Notes: generated by a model not told the origin, from the letters alone. A stretch of DNA of 64,000 bases from Candidatus Aminicenantales bacterium (GCA_049515535.1 JBEKTZ010000008.1:1-64000), one strand, 5' to 3'. Counted from the first letter of the stretch, positions 1 through 10,738 are shown. A program made the numbers and translations.

Positions 1-273
1 CTCGGGCTTAATAAGTTTTATGGCGACTTCCTCGTTCAGTTTTTTATCCACCGCCCGATAGACCTTGCCCATCCCGCCTTTGCCCAGCTCTTCGATGATC
101 TGATAGCGGCCGGCGAAGGTCGAGCCGGTGGTTAGTTCTTTGATGGGAGTTTGGATTGTTTCTGTGAATTCTGGACGGATGTCTTTGGAAGGAGGAAGTG
201 GAGTTGCGCACTTTTTGCAAAATTGGGAATCAGAAGTGTTCTCAGTATTGCATTTGGAGCACTTGACGGCCAC
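1..273 (-). CDS. Ser/Thr protein kinase with N-terminal zinc ribbon (5' part; runs off window)
   Basis: Manual translation from GTG at 273: MAVKCSKCNTEN...FCKKCATPL...FAGRYQIIEELGKGGMGKVYRAVDKKLNEEVAIKLIKPE. It has the GxGGMG loop and VAIK Lys, with SD GGAAGGAG upstream. Not in the ORF track. Confidence 0.9.
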   Translation of the reverse strand, partial: MAVKCSKCNTENTSDSQFCKKCATPLPPSKDIRPEFTETIQTPIKELTTGSTFAGRYQIIEELGKGGMGKVYRAVDKKLNEEVAIKLIKPE

Positions 274-664
274 TTCTGACTCCTTCCCTTGGGTGGTTTA
301 AGAGTATCAAAGAATCGAGAGAGCGTCAATTCGCTTTGGCCCTCCTGCCGCCGCCCGCCGCTCTTCCCGTCTTTCCCCGAGACGGCTTGCCCGGGATGTC
401 CTGAAACTTCATCTATAAATCAATATTCAGCTGTCAGCCGCCTTCGCCGCTTTTCTCTTCCCCCCGACGACTTGCCCGGGATATTCTGAAATCATATCCA
501 GAAATCAAAATCAGCCGCCTGGCGCCATTCCGGTTTTTCCCTTCGACGACTTGCCCGGGATGTTCTGAAACTAGCTCAAGAAATCGATAATCAGCCGCCG
601 GCTCCGCTCTACTCCCCCGACACGCGTGTCCTATTCGAATAACCTAAATATAAAGACTATTGTT

Positions 665-883
665 CTAATTGACTGCCTTCGGCCTTATCTCGTATTTATC
701 CCTTTCTCCAGCTTTTCGCAAAGCTCGATATTCTAATTCGCAGATTGCACATTTTCCGAAATAAATTCCCGATTCATCATAATCCTCAAGCGGCATCGGT
801 AACTCGCAAGTGGGACATAGAAGAACGATTATTCTTTGAGAATATATCTTGGCCATGAGATTTATTCCCGTTTTATCAAACAC
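665..883 (-). CDS. small zinc-ribbon protein (start may be 856)
   Basis: CPTC...CAIC pairs; lies between repeat clusters. Confidence 0.55.
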   Translation of the reverse strand: MFDKTGINLMAKIYSQRIIVLLCPTCELPMPLEDYDESGIYFGKCAICELEYRALRKAGERDKYEIRPKAVN

Positions 884-1155
884 ATAATAGGCAGAAATCG
901 ATATTCAGCCGCCCGGCGCCGCGCTCTCTTTTTCCCCTCCTCCTCCTTTCCCTGCGCGTCCTGAAATAATATCCAGAAATATATAATCAGACGCCCTCGC
1001 TGTTCTCTTGCCCCTCGACGACTTGCCCTGGGTTGTTTTCGTTAAAGTGCGAGAGGATGGGGGTGTGGCAATGACTGTGTCCCCGAAGATCTCGTTTTTA
1101 GTCGCCCTTAGGAGCTCTATCAGCTGATATTATCTGATCAAATCATCCCGTTCCC

Positions 1156-1872
1156 TTAGGTGGTACTTATCTCAATTTTAATATTATTCCTCTCAAGATA
1201 TGCAATAATTTCCGGGCCTCGAATTGCGTATGCGTAGGCAGCAACATTGCCTCCGCTAGTAAGAATACTCCCATGATTCATACCGATTACGAAACCATTA
1301 ACGTCAAAAACAGGAGCGCCGCTTAGCCCTGGATACGATAACATATTGATCTCATAATGCGTTAACTCCGCTGATTCCCGATCAAATTCTGGCTTCATAT
1401 CATTGGCACTTATAAATCCGGTTGCCAATCTTTTAGTAATAGTTAGACTTCCTCCTCCTGGGCGTAGTATAGGCTGATGTGGAATTGGAAATCCCACAGA
1501 AGCGACGGCAGCTCCAATTTCCAAAACAGCAGGCTTAGCAAAAGTCGCAGGCACGATATCAACGGCTTCTTTAGAAACCTCAAAAACTGAAATATCTAGG
1601 CTTTTTTCTATGAATCTAATGCCAACGCCAGCGACACCTGCTTTGCTTTCAGGCATAAATGCTGCTAAAGCCAAATGCTTTTCATCATAAGGAATGCCGT
1701 TTTCATTGCAAACCACATGGGCATTTGTGATTAAAAGCGGATTAGGCTTCCCTTTTATCGAAAAAGAGGTGCCGATTGTCCGCCAGTATTTAGGCTGTGT
1801 TCCGGACTTAGGCGTTTCTAATATAACAGCATGAACTGAATATGAGATTTTTTTATAAGCGGTCCGCCACAT
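1156..1872 (-). CDS. trypsin-like (S1) serine protease, no signal peptide
   Basis: TNAHV (His), LDIS (Asp) and PGLSGAPV (Ser) triad motifs. Confidence 0.85.
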   Translation of the reverse strand: MWRTAYKKISYSVHAVILETPKSGTQPKYWRTIGTSFSIKGKPNPLLITNAHVVCNENGIPYDEKHLALAAFMPESKAGVAGVGIRFIEKSLDISVFEVSKEAVDIVPATFAKPAVLEIGAAVASVGFPIPHQPILRPGGGSLTITKRLATGFISANDMKPEFDRESAELTHYEINMLSYPGLSGAPVFDVNGFVIGMNHGSILTSGGNVAAYAYAIRGPEIIAYLERNNIKIEISTT

Positions 1873-2273
1873 CTCATTAGCTCTCCTCTATGGCATAATA
1901 ATAAAAAACTCCTTTAACATCAATTCTACTATTGTGTATCAAAAGGGAATCGTAGAATAGGGAAGAATGTGATTCGACCAATCCAGGCCCCAAAACGCTT
2001 CTTCTTCGCGGAGAAAGAAGGGCAAGGTTTCCTACCGGTATGGTGTCTCGGTCCATCGAAAAATCACTCTTTATGGTCATTGAAATTTTTCCCTTCCCGT
2101 TATCAGGCCGCTTCCACTTTATCCTGTCTTCCCTCCTAATCCCCTCCTTCCCCCCCTCCTCCTCGCCCTGAGTGTTCTGAAGCCACGTATTTAAATCGAT
2201 AATCAGCCGCCCGGCGCCGTTTTCCCCCCTCCTCCACTATTCTCTCGTCCGCATTAATAATCCGTCCCTCAGT

Positions 2274-3416
2274 TCACTCCCAGATCGCCTTATAGACAAC
2301 GAGCTCCTTGTATCCGCTGTCCGAATTGTTCAGCGAATAGATCCTCCCCATCATGGCCACAGCCGTCCGGGGGTGGTAAGGATCCGAATTCCCGAGACTC
2401 GTCCGTCCGATGAACGCCCCCGCCTTATCGAAGATGTCGTACGTGAATTCGCCCGGCTTGGCCCCTGGCTCCCGCGTCATGACGAAGAGCCGCCCCTCGT
2501 CGTCGGTGAACATATATCTAAACGGCGGCCAGCTCTTCGCGAACTGGTATTTACTCTTCCAGGGATCGCCATCCCGGAAGCGAGCGAGATAAACCGTTTT
2601 AAATTTCTCATCGATATTCACGGGCGTATAGGCCTTCCGAATTTTGCGGACGATTCTGCCGGTTCGATCGCGAACTTCGATCTCATAGCCCCGTCGCGAG
2701 TCTCCGATAAAGATCCGGTCCTTGGAAGCTCCGATGATGTAGGTCGCCTCGCCGACCACGATCTTTTCAGCGCGCAACGCGTTGGGGAATTTGTATAGCA
2801 AGATCTCGTTCATCGACGCGAACGTACTATCGCAAAGGGCAACATGGTCGATCAGGTTGTTCGGATCGCTGAATTGGTCTTGCCAGTGGACAAGATACGT
2901 ACCGTCATCGAATCTGGCCTCGATCTCGAGAACATTTGGAAGGGGCGTCTCACGAAGGAACTTGCCGTCGCGGCTATAGACGAGGAACTTCCGTTTCGAT
3001 GGATCCTTGGCTATGATCTCCCCGTCGCCGACGGCCATCACGATCCCGCCCCATTCGATCTCCCCGGGACCCTGCCCGTATCGGCAGAAGGAGCCGAGGA
3101 ATTTGCCGTTCCCATCGAATTTGTAGATATAGTCCCCTTTGACGTGCCATTGGATCACGTAGATCATTCCGTCCGAATCAATATCGAATGTCTCGATGTC
3201 GGTCAATCCGATCTTCAGGAGCTCGCTGTTCTCCAGGTCAATCGAGAATTGCTTTTCCAATCTCAGCCGGCCGGATTCGCCCTTGATTTGATACGGTTCG
3301 AGATGGTTGAAGACGACCTCCACCCCGTTCTCCAGGGTCTTTTCCACGCGGTCGCGATTCGAGCCGCAGCCGACTAAAAGCATAATTGCGCCCAATGCGA
3401 AGCATAGCTTTTTCAT
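2274..3416 (-). CDS. 6-bladed beta-propeller lipoprotein
   Basis: Start MKKLCF after SD GGAGGAGG; lipobox LVGC; GQGPGE motif and FD-G-F blade repeats. Confidence 0.85.
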   Translation of the reverse strand: MKKLCFALGAIMLLVGCGSNRDRVEKTLENGVEVVFNHLEPYQIKGESGRLRLEKQFSIDLENSELLKIGLTDIETFDIDSDGMIYVIQWHVKGDYIYKFDGNGKFLGSFCRYGQGPGEIEWGGIVMAVGDGEIIAKDPSKRKFLVYSRDGKFLRETPLPNVLEIEARFDDGTYLVHWQDQFSDPNNLIDHVALCDSTFASMNEILLYKFPNALRAEKIVVGEATYIIGASKDRIFIGDSRRGYEIEVRDRTGRIVRKIRKAYTPVNIDEKFKTVYLARFRDGDPWKSKYQFAKSWPPFRYMFTDDEGRLFVMTREPGAKPGEFTYDIFDKAGAFIGRTSLGNSDPYHPRTAVAMMGRIYSLNNSDSGYKELVVYKAIWE

Positions 3417-3666
3417 ACCGCCTCCTCCGCTTAAGCTAAATATATCCCATATATTATATTTAAGCACGACCGCGAAACGTTGCGTTTTTTATCCTTACTC
3501 AGAGGAACGAGATCTTCTGCCGCCCGCCGCCGCTTTTCACCCTCGACGACTTGCTTGGATACTCCTAAACCATATATAGAAATCGATACGATGCCGCCGC
3601 TTTTATCAGCTCCTTTGCTTTTTCCTCCGCCTTCTCTGATCACTTCCTGGAAAATCGCCAACTTTA

Positions 3667-3999
3667 TCAGGATTTTTCCTTATATCTCGCTGGCTCGTCA
3701 AAGAAATCAACGACAAATACTTTCGAATGAAATACGGCCGAATGAGGCACGCCCCTCGGGATGAAATACGTGTCCCCCTTCCGATATATTCTCGTTACAC
3801 CTCCTATGGTTAGGCTCATCTCTCCGTCGAGGACCATTCCGAATTGGGCTCTATGGGCATGTTCCGTCACCTTTCCAATTGGCTCGATTTGCATAAAGAC
3901 GATCTGTTGATCTTTGCCTTGGAAAATCCATCCTTGAAGACCTTTGAATGCGATGTCTGCTTGTGGCAAACACGTTACCATCTCGGGGTATTCGTTCAT
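3667..3999 (-). CDS. cupin domain protein
   Basis: HAHxxQ...GDTYFIPRGVPHSA cupin motifs; SD GGAGG before ATG 3999. Confidence 0.85.
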   Translation of the reverse strand: MNEYPEMVTCLPQADIAFKGLQGWIFQGKDQQIVFMQIEPIGKVTEHAHRAQFGMVLDGEMSLTIGGVTRIYRKGDTYFIPRGVPHSAVFHSKVFVVDFFDEPARYKEKS

Positions 4000-5000
4000 T
4001 TTTTTCCTCCGATGATTAATCCTAAAACATTTTATCCCCTTTAATTTATCGGTTGTCAAGGATTAGCAAAAAATGCGCTCTATAGTCTTCGAAAATCCGC
4101 TTTTTCCCCTTTCTTCGACTTGCCCTAGGTGTCCTGAAATTATATCCAGAAATCGATATTCAACCGCCAGCGCCGCTCTCCTGCCCCGAGACGACTTGCC
4201 CTGCGTGTCCTGAATCCACGTCTAGAAAACGATAATTAGCCGCCGGCGCTGCTCTCTTTTCCTCGACGACTTGCCCACGACGTTCTGAAGCCACCTCTTG
4301 AAAATGAGATTATGCCGCCCGCGACTTTCTTCTCCTTTCCTCCCACCCCTCGACGACTTGCCCTTGCTTTTCTTGCTAAAAAATGACTTGGCGATCGTTG
4401 ACTTTAGGGAAGGCCTGGCTTGATCTAAAGGAGTGTCAGGCATCTGACCGAATAGACGTCGTACTGTATCAGGGATTGAAGCCATGGATTCGTTCTTTGT
4501 GATAAAATATTTCTAGCTCTCTTTAGCCGGCTGGGGAGAGTCCTATCATCAACCCCCCTTTAGCAAACAGCCGGCCTTGCCTAATCGCCAATTCTTTGTG
4601 CAAATAGCCAGAAATATAGAAAGATCAACGTATTGAGAGAAGAAGCCGCTCATTTATCAACAAGCTTATTAACAAATACTGTGGATATCTCTTTTCATGT
4701 TTTCTTTTTAACTTCGTCAGCCTCCCCCCCTCCTCCTTGCCCGTAAAAACTTTAAACCACGTCCTGAAATCAGCCGCCGGCGCCGCTTTTTTCTCCGCAC
4801 TACCCGGATGTTATTAATATTTCATAGATAGGTTATTGCTCATCCGTTTGTTCCGATGGCTTCTGTCTTTTTTCTCCGCTTATGGCCTGAGCCGATGCTA
4901 TGCCTTATTATATTTTTTCAGTATCGGTTTATTTCTTTTACAATTAAACTTTCATGATAATTCTGCTGGGGATTTAAAGATATCAAAGAGATAATTCTGA

Positions 5001-5516
5001 CTACGGTTTAGCTAGCCCAATAATTATCGAAGCAAGATCTACCACCAAGCTAACCGGCTTTCCGTATTTTTTTAAAACTGCGTCTATTTTTACTTTTCTC
5101 GCTTCACGAGCAATATTCTTTATATCTTCACTTTCTAAGAGGTCTACGATATTCTTGAACACCTTCCATCTTTCATCAGTTGTTGAAATCTTTCCTAAAA
5201 TAATTTTAAAAAGGTAGTTATATTCAAGAAAAACCGATTTTTGCGTTTTCCTTTTTAATATTTCATCTGGATTCATATTTGTAATGACAAGAATGGGCAT
5301 CTCATTTTTATCTTTAATTTCAAACAAGTCTTTTGCTTGATTATAAGTAAACTTATCCGGTAAAAATACGGCAACCTTATCCTTTCCTAGTTGATCTCCG
5401 ATTACCTTCATATTCTTCGTAAATAATTCGTAATCTGGTCCATATTCTTCAATAATAATAAATAAATAGCTCTTATATTTTTGGACATTATAAATATCGC
5501 ACACATACCATGACAT
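5001..5516 (-). CDS. hypothetical protein (AT-rich)
   Basis: 171-aa ORF with SD AGGAGAGG; no family recognised. Confidence 0.65.
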   Translation of the reverse strand: MSWYVCDIYNVQKYKSYLFIIIEEYGPDYELFTKNMKVIGDQLGKDKVAVFLPDKFTYNQAKDLFEIKDKNEMPILVITNMNPDEILKRKTQKSVFLEYNYLFKIILGKISTTDERWKVFKNIVDLLESEDIKNIAREARKVKIDAVLKKYGKPVSLVVDLASIIIGLAKP

Positions 5517-6137
5517 TTATTTCCTCTCCTTTTTTGAACAGAACGAAATCAATAATCTCAAATTAATAGTTGTTATATTAGCATCACTCCGTTTATTGAA
5601 CCTTTAATGGTATTTCTGCTTAATAATAACATTTTTATTTTATTATGTGTCAAGCTCTTGTGCGTTTTCACCGATTCCTAAGATTGTAAGTCTTTTATCC
5701 CTTCTCTCTTTTCTGACCCGGCCGGGATGTCCTGATTTCACTTCCAATCATCAACAATCAGCCGCCGGTGCCGCACTTACCCCCCTCCTCCTCGCCCTAA
5801 GTGTCCTGAAATCAACAATCAGCCGCCGGCGCCGCTCTTTTTTCCCTCTCCGATATGCCTTTTATGTCTGCATAATAAGCAGGAGAACGACTTTTCCTTC
5901 AATCTCATCCCGCCGGCTTTAAGAACAATCCTGGCTTGTTATAAACTTCAGGATTAGAGAAATCTTGTAATCGTCCCATTTCAAGCGGTGGCGAATATAT
6001 ATGGATGCGAATACCTAAAGTTTTCTTGATGTCGGCGCGAATTCGATGTTATATTTGATTCTCGATTGTCCGCCGAGATTTTAAATTCAGAGGAAGGGGA
6101 CACAAGATATGACGAAATTTATTTTCTCCTTATCAAA

Positions 6138-7883
6138 ATGTATATCCTGCAAGTCGTAATCCACAACTTCCGTGGGATTAAAGAGCTGGACTGGACGCCT
6201 TCTGGGCGCCTTGCCTGCCTCGTCGGGCCGGGTGACTCGATGAAAACGACAGTCCTCGACGCGATAGAGTACACGTTGTCACCGAACTGGAACATTCAGT
6301 TCTCAGACGTTGACTTCTACAATACAGTCATTTCGAATCCTATAGAGATATCGGTTACTGTCGGCGACCTCCCTGGCGACCTATTAACAGAAGACAAGTT
6401 TGGGCTCTACAAGAGGGGATGGCGTCAGGGAAGTGGGCTTTCAGATGAGCCGCGCGAAGATGAGGGAGCGTGTGAGGCGGTCCTCACAATCGTCCTGCAC
6501 GTTGACTCAAATCTAGAGCCTGAGTGGAACGTCGTAACAGACAGAGACCCTGAGGGAAAACTCATCTCGTGGCGCGACCGGGCTCGGCTCGGGATGGTGC
6601 GGTTGGGCGCGGAGATAGACAGGGAGTTCTCCTGGAATCGACTGTCCAGTCTCACAAAGATGACGAGTGACTCCGGCGAGACCACAGCAATCATTGCCGA
6701 GGCACACAGGAAGCTTCGCGATGCGGTAAAATCCCAGAACATGGACAAGCTACTAGAGGCGGCGAAGAATGTAGAAAAAGCGGCAAAGCGGCTTGGATTC
6801 ACCCCGACTACGGAATTCGTACCTAGGCTCGAGTCAAGGCTCGTGAGCTTGGGCATGGGAGCATTAAGCCTTCATGACGGCGAGATACCACTCGCATCTG
6901 CAGGTCTAGGTAGCCGTAGGCTCGTCGCTCTGGCCATCCAGAGAGCCGCCATTCTCAACGGAGCGATCGTCCTAATCGACGAGGTGGAGTACGGACTTGA
7001 GCCTCACAGGATACGGAGGTTGCTCCGCTCTCTTAAACGTGGTCTCCAGTCCGTCACGGCCACAACTGAGCAGGAAGAACCCGCGCTTGGGCAGGTCATC
7101 ATGACGACCCATTCGCCTACCCCGGTCCTGGAACTCGATGCGACAGACGTTAATGTGGTTAGAGTTTCTCCATATGGCAAGATCGACATCCATGACGTTC
7201 CCGGTGACCTACAGGGCACACTGAAGTACGCCCCCTACGCGCTACTCGGTCGCAAGGTTATAGTATGTGAAGGCGAGACGGAAGTCGGCCTATGCTGGGG
7301 TCTCGAGGAGTTCTGGCAGTCAAGAAACGGTAATGAATCGATAGCCTGTAGGGGCGTCGTAGTCGCTAACGGCGGCGGCGAAAATGCGGCCGCCCGCGCC
7401 AAGGCGCTGCGAGACTTGGGGTACGAAGTGGCCCTACTCGCTGACGCAGACAAGACTATCAACCCCGACGAGGATGCACTCCGAACGTCAGGCGTCAATG
7501 TTGTTAGGTGGGATGGCAATGCATCGACCGAAGAGCGTGTCGTGCTCGACGTGCTATTCTATGAGCTCAAGGGACTCTTGAAGCAAGTGATCGGCAGTCG
7601 AGGTGAGATAAGCGTAGCTGACTCCATTGCCGCTCAGGGTATCGCTAAGCCAATCGCCGCCGCGAGCGACCTCGATAGCTGGTTGGCTGTAGGGGACTGC
7701 ACTGAGGATCGCCTACGCAAGGCTATTGGCAGGGCTGCGAAGAAGAAGGACGCGGAGTGGTTCAAGTCCATAGGAGGTGGAAGGATGCTTGCGGCAGCGG
7801 TCGTAGATTCCTTTTCAAGCATTGGGTCCACGGATACGGCAAAAAAGCTGGAAATCCTTGAGCACTGGTGTTATGACGGATGA
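6138..7883 (+). CDS. OLD-family ATP-dependent nuclease (ABC ATPase + TOPRIM), GajA-like
   Basis: IHNFRGI; Walker A GPGDSMKTT; Walker B IDEVEYGLEPH; TTHSP; TOPRIM VCEGETE...DAD. Confidence 0.85.
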   Translation: MYILQVVIHNFRGIKELDWTPSGRLACLVGPGDSMKTTVLDAIEYTLSPNWNIQFSDVDFYNTVISNPIEISVTVGDLPGDLLTEDKFGLYKRGWRQGSGLSDEPREDEGACEAVLTIVLHVDSNLEPEWNVVTDRDPEGKLISWRDRARLGMVRLGAEIDREFSWNRLSSLTKMTSDSGETTAIIAEAHRKLRDAVKSQNMDKLLEAAKNVEKAAKRLGFTPTTEFVPRLESRLVSLGMGALSLHDGEIPLASAGLGSRRLVALAIQRAAILNGAIVLIDEVEYGLEPHRIRRLLRSLKRGLQSVTATTEQEEPALGQVIMTTHSPTPVLELDATDVNVVRVSPYGKIDIHDVPGDLQGTLKYAPYALLGRKVIVCEGETEVGLCWGLEEFWQSRNGNESIACRGVVVANGGGENAAARAKALRDLGYEVALLADADKTINPDEDALRTSGVNVVRWDGNASTEERVVLDVLFYELKGLLKQVIGSRGEISVADSIAAQGIAKPIAAASDLDSWLAVGDCTEDRLRKAIGRAAKKKDAEWFKSIGGGRMLAAAVVDSFSSIGSTDTAKKLEILEHWCYDG

Positions 7884-9318
7884 CTTGGCCGCAGCATTCG
7901 CCGGCTCCTGCCGAGGAATCGTGGTTGCCGCGGCGGGTTGCGGGAAGACGGAGCTAATCGCGCAAGCAGTCGCCAAGTACGCGAACGGAAGACAACTTGT
8001 CCTGACACACACCCACGCGGGCGTCAGGGCGCTTCGCGACCGCTTACGGCGGCTTGGCGCGGACCCGGGGACATTCCGCGTGGACACGATAGCCGGCTTC
8101 GCCCTTAGATACGCATCGGCGTTCCCCCGGATTAGTAACTGCCAGGTCACAAGACCGAAAACGGAAGAAGACTATCTGCAGGTGTACGATGCCTGTGCCC
8201 GTGCTCTCAGCAACCGACACGTGCGGGACACGGTGTGCAATACGTACACCGGTACCTACATTGACGAGTATCAAGACTGTACCATACGCCACCACGCGAT
8301 AGTGAAGGCACTGGCAGATTTCCTGCCCTGCAGGGCGGTGGGCGATCCTATGCAGGGAATATTTGATTTTGCCGACGATCCCCTTGCAGACTGGAATCAG
8401 GATGTACTTGGCTATTTTGTATGCTTAGGCGAATTAACCACACCTTTCCGGTGGACGAAGACCAACCCGGCACTTGGGGAATGGCTCGGTGGAGTCCGAG
8501 ATAAGCTCGTCTCCGGTTGCTCGATTGACCTCGATGGCTATTGGAAGCAGTTACCTGATACTCGAACAAGGATTGCGGCACAGGTCGCGGAGTGTAAGAG
8601 AGCCCTTAGCCTTAAAGATGGGGCGGTTGTTGTTATCCGCAAATGGGATAAGCAAATGTTCGCTATCGGGAAAATGCTAAAGGGAACTTTTGCGTGCATG
8701 GAGGAAGTCGAGTGTCGAGCCCTCGCTATAGTATGCGGAAGACTAGATGAAGCTATCCCAGGCCAAAGGCCGGCAATCCTGCTCGACTTCGCCAGACAGT
8801 GCATGACATCAGTGCCTGCAGCATTCAAGACGCTCGAGAATTGCCTCATTGCCGGGAAGGCCCCTTCTCCGAAGTTTCTTGCCGCCTACCCCGGACTCTG
8901 CCGCTCTCTGGCATATTCTGCGTCTACAGAGACGCCTGCCGCAATTATTTCGGTGCTTAGCGAGATTGCGATGCTGCGAGATGTCAGCTTCCATAGGAAA
9001 GAGCTTTACTTCGAGCTTCGTAATGTTGGCATCAACTTTGATCCTGACTTGGATGAGTCCTTGCAGGCAACTGCGTGGCGAATTCGGGAATCCACAAGAC
9101 GCGCAGGGCGACGGCTACCCCGACTTTTAATCAGCCGGACGGTACTCATTAAGGGTTTGGAGTTCGAACATGCACTGATTCCCGATGCGGACGACTTTGA
9201 TAACGCCAAGGACTTCTATGTCGCTGTCACCCGTGCTTCCAAGACTCTATGCGTTCTTTCAAACAAGAGGTATATCTCGCGCGCTAAACCAAACGCGGCC
9301 AACTTTTACGATGTTTGA
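7873..9318 (+). CDS. UvrD-like SF1 helicase, GajB-like
   Basis: AAAGCGKT, IDEYQDC, GDPMQGIF, KGLEFE and YVAVTRA motifs; ATG 7873 overlaps the end of the OLD gene. Confidence 0.85.
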   Translation: MTDDLAAAFAGSCRGIVVAAAGCGKTELIAQAVAKYANGRQLVLTHTHAGVRALRDRLRRLGADPGTFRVDTIAGFALRYASAFPRISNCQVTRPKTEEDYLQVYDACARALSNRHVRDTVCNTYTGTYIDEYQDCTIRHHAIVKALADFLPCRAVGDPMQGIFDFADDPLADWNQDVLGYFVCLGELTTPFRWTKTNPALGEWLGGVRDKLVSGCSIDLDGYWKQLPDTRTRIAAQVAECKRALSLKDGAVVVIRKWDKQMFAIGKMLKGTFACMEEVECRALAIVCGRLDEAIPGQRPAILLDFARQCMTSVPAAFKTLENCLIAGKAPSPKFLAAYPGLCRSLAYSASTETPAAIISVLSEIAMLRDVSFHRKELYFELRNVGINFDPDLDESLQATAWRIRESTRRAGRRLPRLLISRTVLIKGLEFEHALIPDADDFDNAKDFYVAVTRASKTLCVLSNKRYISRAKPNAANFYDV

Positions 9319-9421
9319 TAAAGCCGCCGTCGAGGGAGCGAGCAATTGAATTTCAGATCAACAAAATACACCTCGCAATATTAATAATTCCGGTTGGAGT
9401 GAGATAAAAGAAAAAAACTCT

Positions 9422-9817
9422 CTATTTTTTCTTCGCAGGCGTAATATTCTTCCGCGTTTTCTTAATGATTTTTTCCTTGATTTGCTTTTTTTCTGGCGCC
9501 TTCTTTCTCATTGGTTCTAGAATTGACTTTTTTGCGCGATTCTTTTTCCCTATAGCTCTTACGACTACCCTTTTCGCTCGGGTCGTCCTCTTAGCGCTGG
9601 TTCCTTTCCTGAGCGCCTTCAGCCTCAGATCTAAGTCTTTTATTAGTGCAACGTGTTCCTTCTTCGTTCTATACCATAACAATTGCATCCGCTTTTTACT
9701 TTTCTTTAGTCTTTTGAGATCGCTTCTAATTTCTTTGATCTCTTGCTTGATCTTTTCATCTTTAGGATTCGCTTTGCTTTTAATATGTTTTTTCATTATT
9801 GCCTCCGAGTTTTCCAT
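9422..9817 (-). CDS. Lys-rich basic hypothetical protein
   Basis: Coiled-coil-like N-half, K/R-rich tail; start may be 9796. Confidence 0.5.
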   Translation of the reverse strand: MENSEAIMKKHIKSKANPKDEKIKQEIKEIRSDLKRLKKSKKRMQLLWYRTKKEHVALIKDLDLRLKALRKGTSAKRTTRAKRVVVRAIGKKNRAKKSILEPMRKKAPEKKQIKEKIIKKTRKNITPAKKK

Positions 9818-9862
9818 TCTATTAATATTTCAATTTCTAAACAATATTTATTTGCACTTTTC

Positions 9863-10288
9863 TCAAATCCATTCGCCATCAAATTTCCCCAAAAACTTAT
9901 TTTTTAATCTGGGCTTGCCTTCTGAGAATTCAAAATCCCAGAAATATCTGCCATCAAAAACTTTTCTATCGTTTGAAAGAAGCTCAATAAATTCCTTAAG
10001 CCAGATGAAATCCGACTTAGCTTCTTCTTCCTTCTTCCAGATGTCATCGGTTGAAAAAGGAGAAAATTCCATATTGGTTTCTGAATAATCAAACCTCACA
10101 ACCGCAAACTCAATTGTCTTCTTTTTTAGATTAGGCCGGCGTTCTATTTTTATCTTGGTCATTATTTTTTCAAGATGGATTTCGTCATCGGAATCGTCAG
10201 AAAAGCAATAATACCAATCGCTCTCCCAAAAATACTTTTTTAATTCATCATTCGGAACAAAATCCAATATCGTTGGCATTACTATCAC
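9863..10288 (-). CDS. hypothetical protein
   Basis: 141-aa ORF with SD GGGGGAG, closely following the upstream gene. Confidence 0.65.
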   Translation of the reverse strand: MIVMPTILDFVPNDELKKYFWESDWYYCFSDDSDDEIHLEKIMTKIKIERRPNLKKKTIEFAVVRFDYSETNMEFSPFSTDDIWKKEEEAKSDFIWLKEFIELLSNDRKVFDGRYFWDFEFSEGKPRLKNKFLGKFDGEWI

Positions 10289-10294
10289 TCCCCC

Positions 10295-10438
10295 TCAAAT
10301 CCCCCACATTATTTTTGCCCTTTCGTATGTCCTGAAGTCAATTGCTCCTCGCTTCATCAAACGGTGCAGTTCAAGGAGCAAGATGTCCTTGTCCTCCTCA
10401 GGCTTAAGGGCTTTAAGTTTTTGTTCAAGGTTATCCAT
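10295..10438 (-). CDS. small hypothetical protein, paralogue C2
   Basis: MDNLEQK...EDKDILLLELHRLMKRGAID...MWGI with SD AGGAGG; similar to the next ORF. Confidence 0.6.
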   Translation of the reverse strand: MDNLEQKLKALKPEEDKDILLLELHRLMKRGAIDFRTYERAKIMWGI

Positions 10439-10525
10439 GGAATCCGCCTCCTTTCCCAATATAGACTGTCCCTTTCCTTTAGCCAAAAAGGTGGGCGACG
10501 TTCGGCCGCCCAATCAAAGAATATT

Positions 10526-10738
10526 TCATATCCCCCAGTCCTCCATAGTTTTAACGAAAGTTTCTTTGCTGATAGTCCCTTTCTTTCTCAGACGATTGAG
10601 CTCGAGGAGCAATATCTCATCCTCTTGCTCTTTTGTCGGCGGTTTAAAGTCAGCCATATCTTGGTGAGTGTCGGTTTCATTCATAGTCATCATCTCCATT
10701 CGCGCTATTTCTGTTGCCGTTTCCATTCCTATTGCCAT
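10526..10738 (-). CDS. small hypothetical protein, paralogue C1 (start uncertain)
   Basis: EDEILLLELNRLRKKGTIS...DWGI, paralogous to C2. Confidence 0.6.
   Translation of the reverse strand: MAIGMETATEIARMEMMTMNETDTHQDMADFKPPTKEQEDEILLLELNRLRKKGTISKETFVKTMEDWGI

Larger units (their letters stand above)
345..5840. repeat. Repeat family 1: degenerate ~75-85 bp intergenic repeat, about 13 full or near-full copies in 7 clusters
   Basis: Plus-strand consensus CGACGACTTGCCC-n5-GTYCTGAAA-n~9-GAAATCGATAWTCAGCCGCCGGCGCCGC + pyrimidine tract. Copies start near 381, 465, 544, 893/950/1015, 2160, 3543, 4116, 4190, 4263, 4350 (partial), 4735, 5720 and 5792. Confidence 0.9.

Noticed and set aside
4222..4485. 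ORF made partly of translated family-1 repeats (GKSSR...RRRLII)
   Set aside because: Frames and stops are not conserved between copies, so it is probably non-coding.
345..5840. CRISPR or TIGR array interpretation of repeat family 1
   Set aside because: Copies are degenerate along their whole length, the variable parts resemble each other rather than unique spacers, and no cas or Nop-domain gene is visible.
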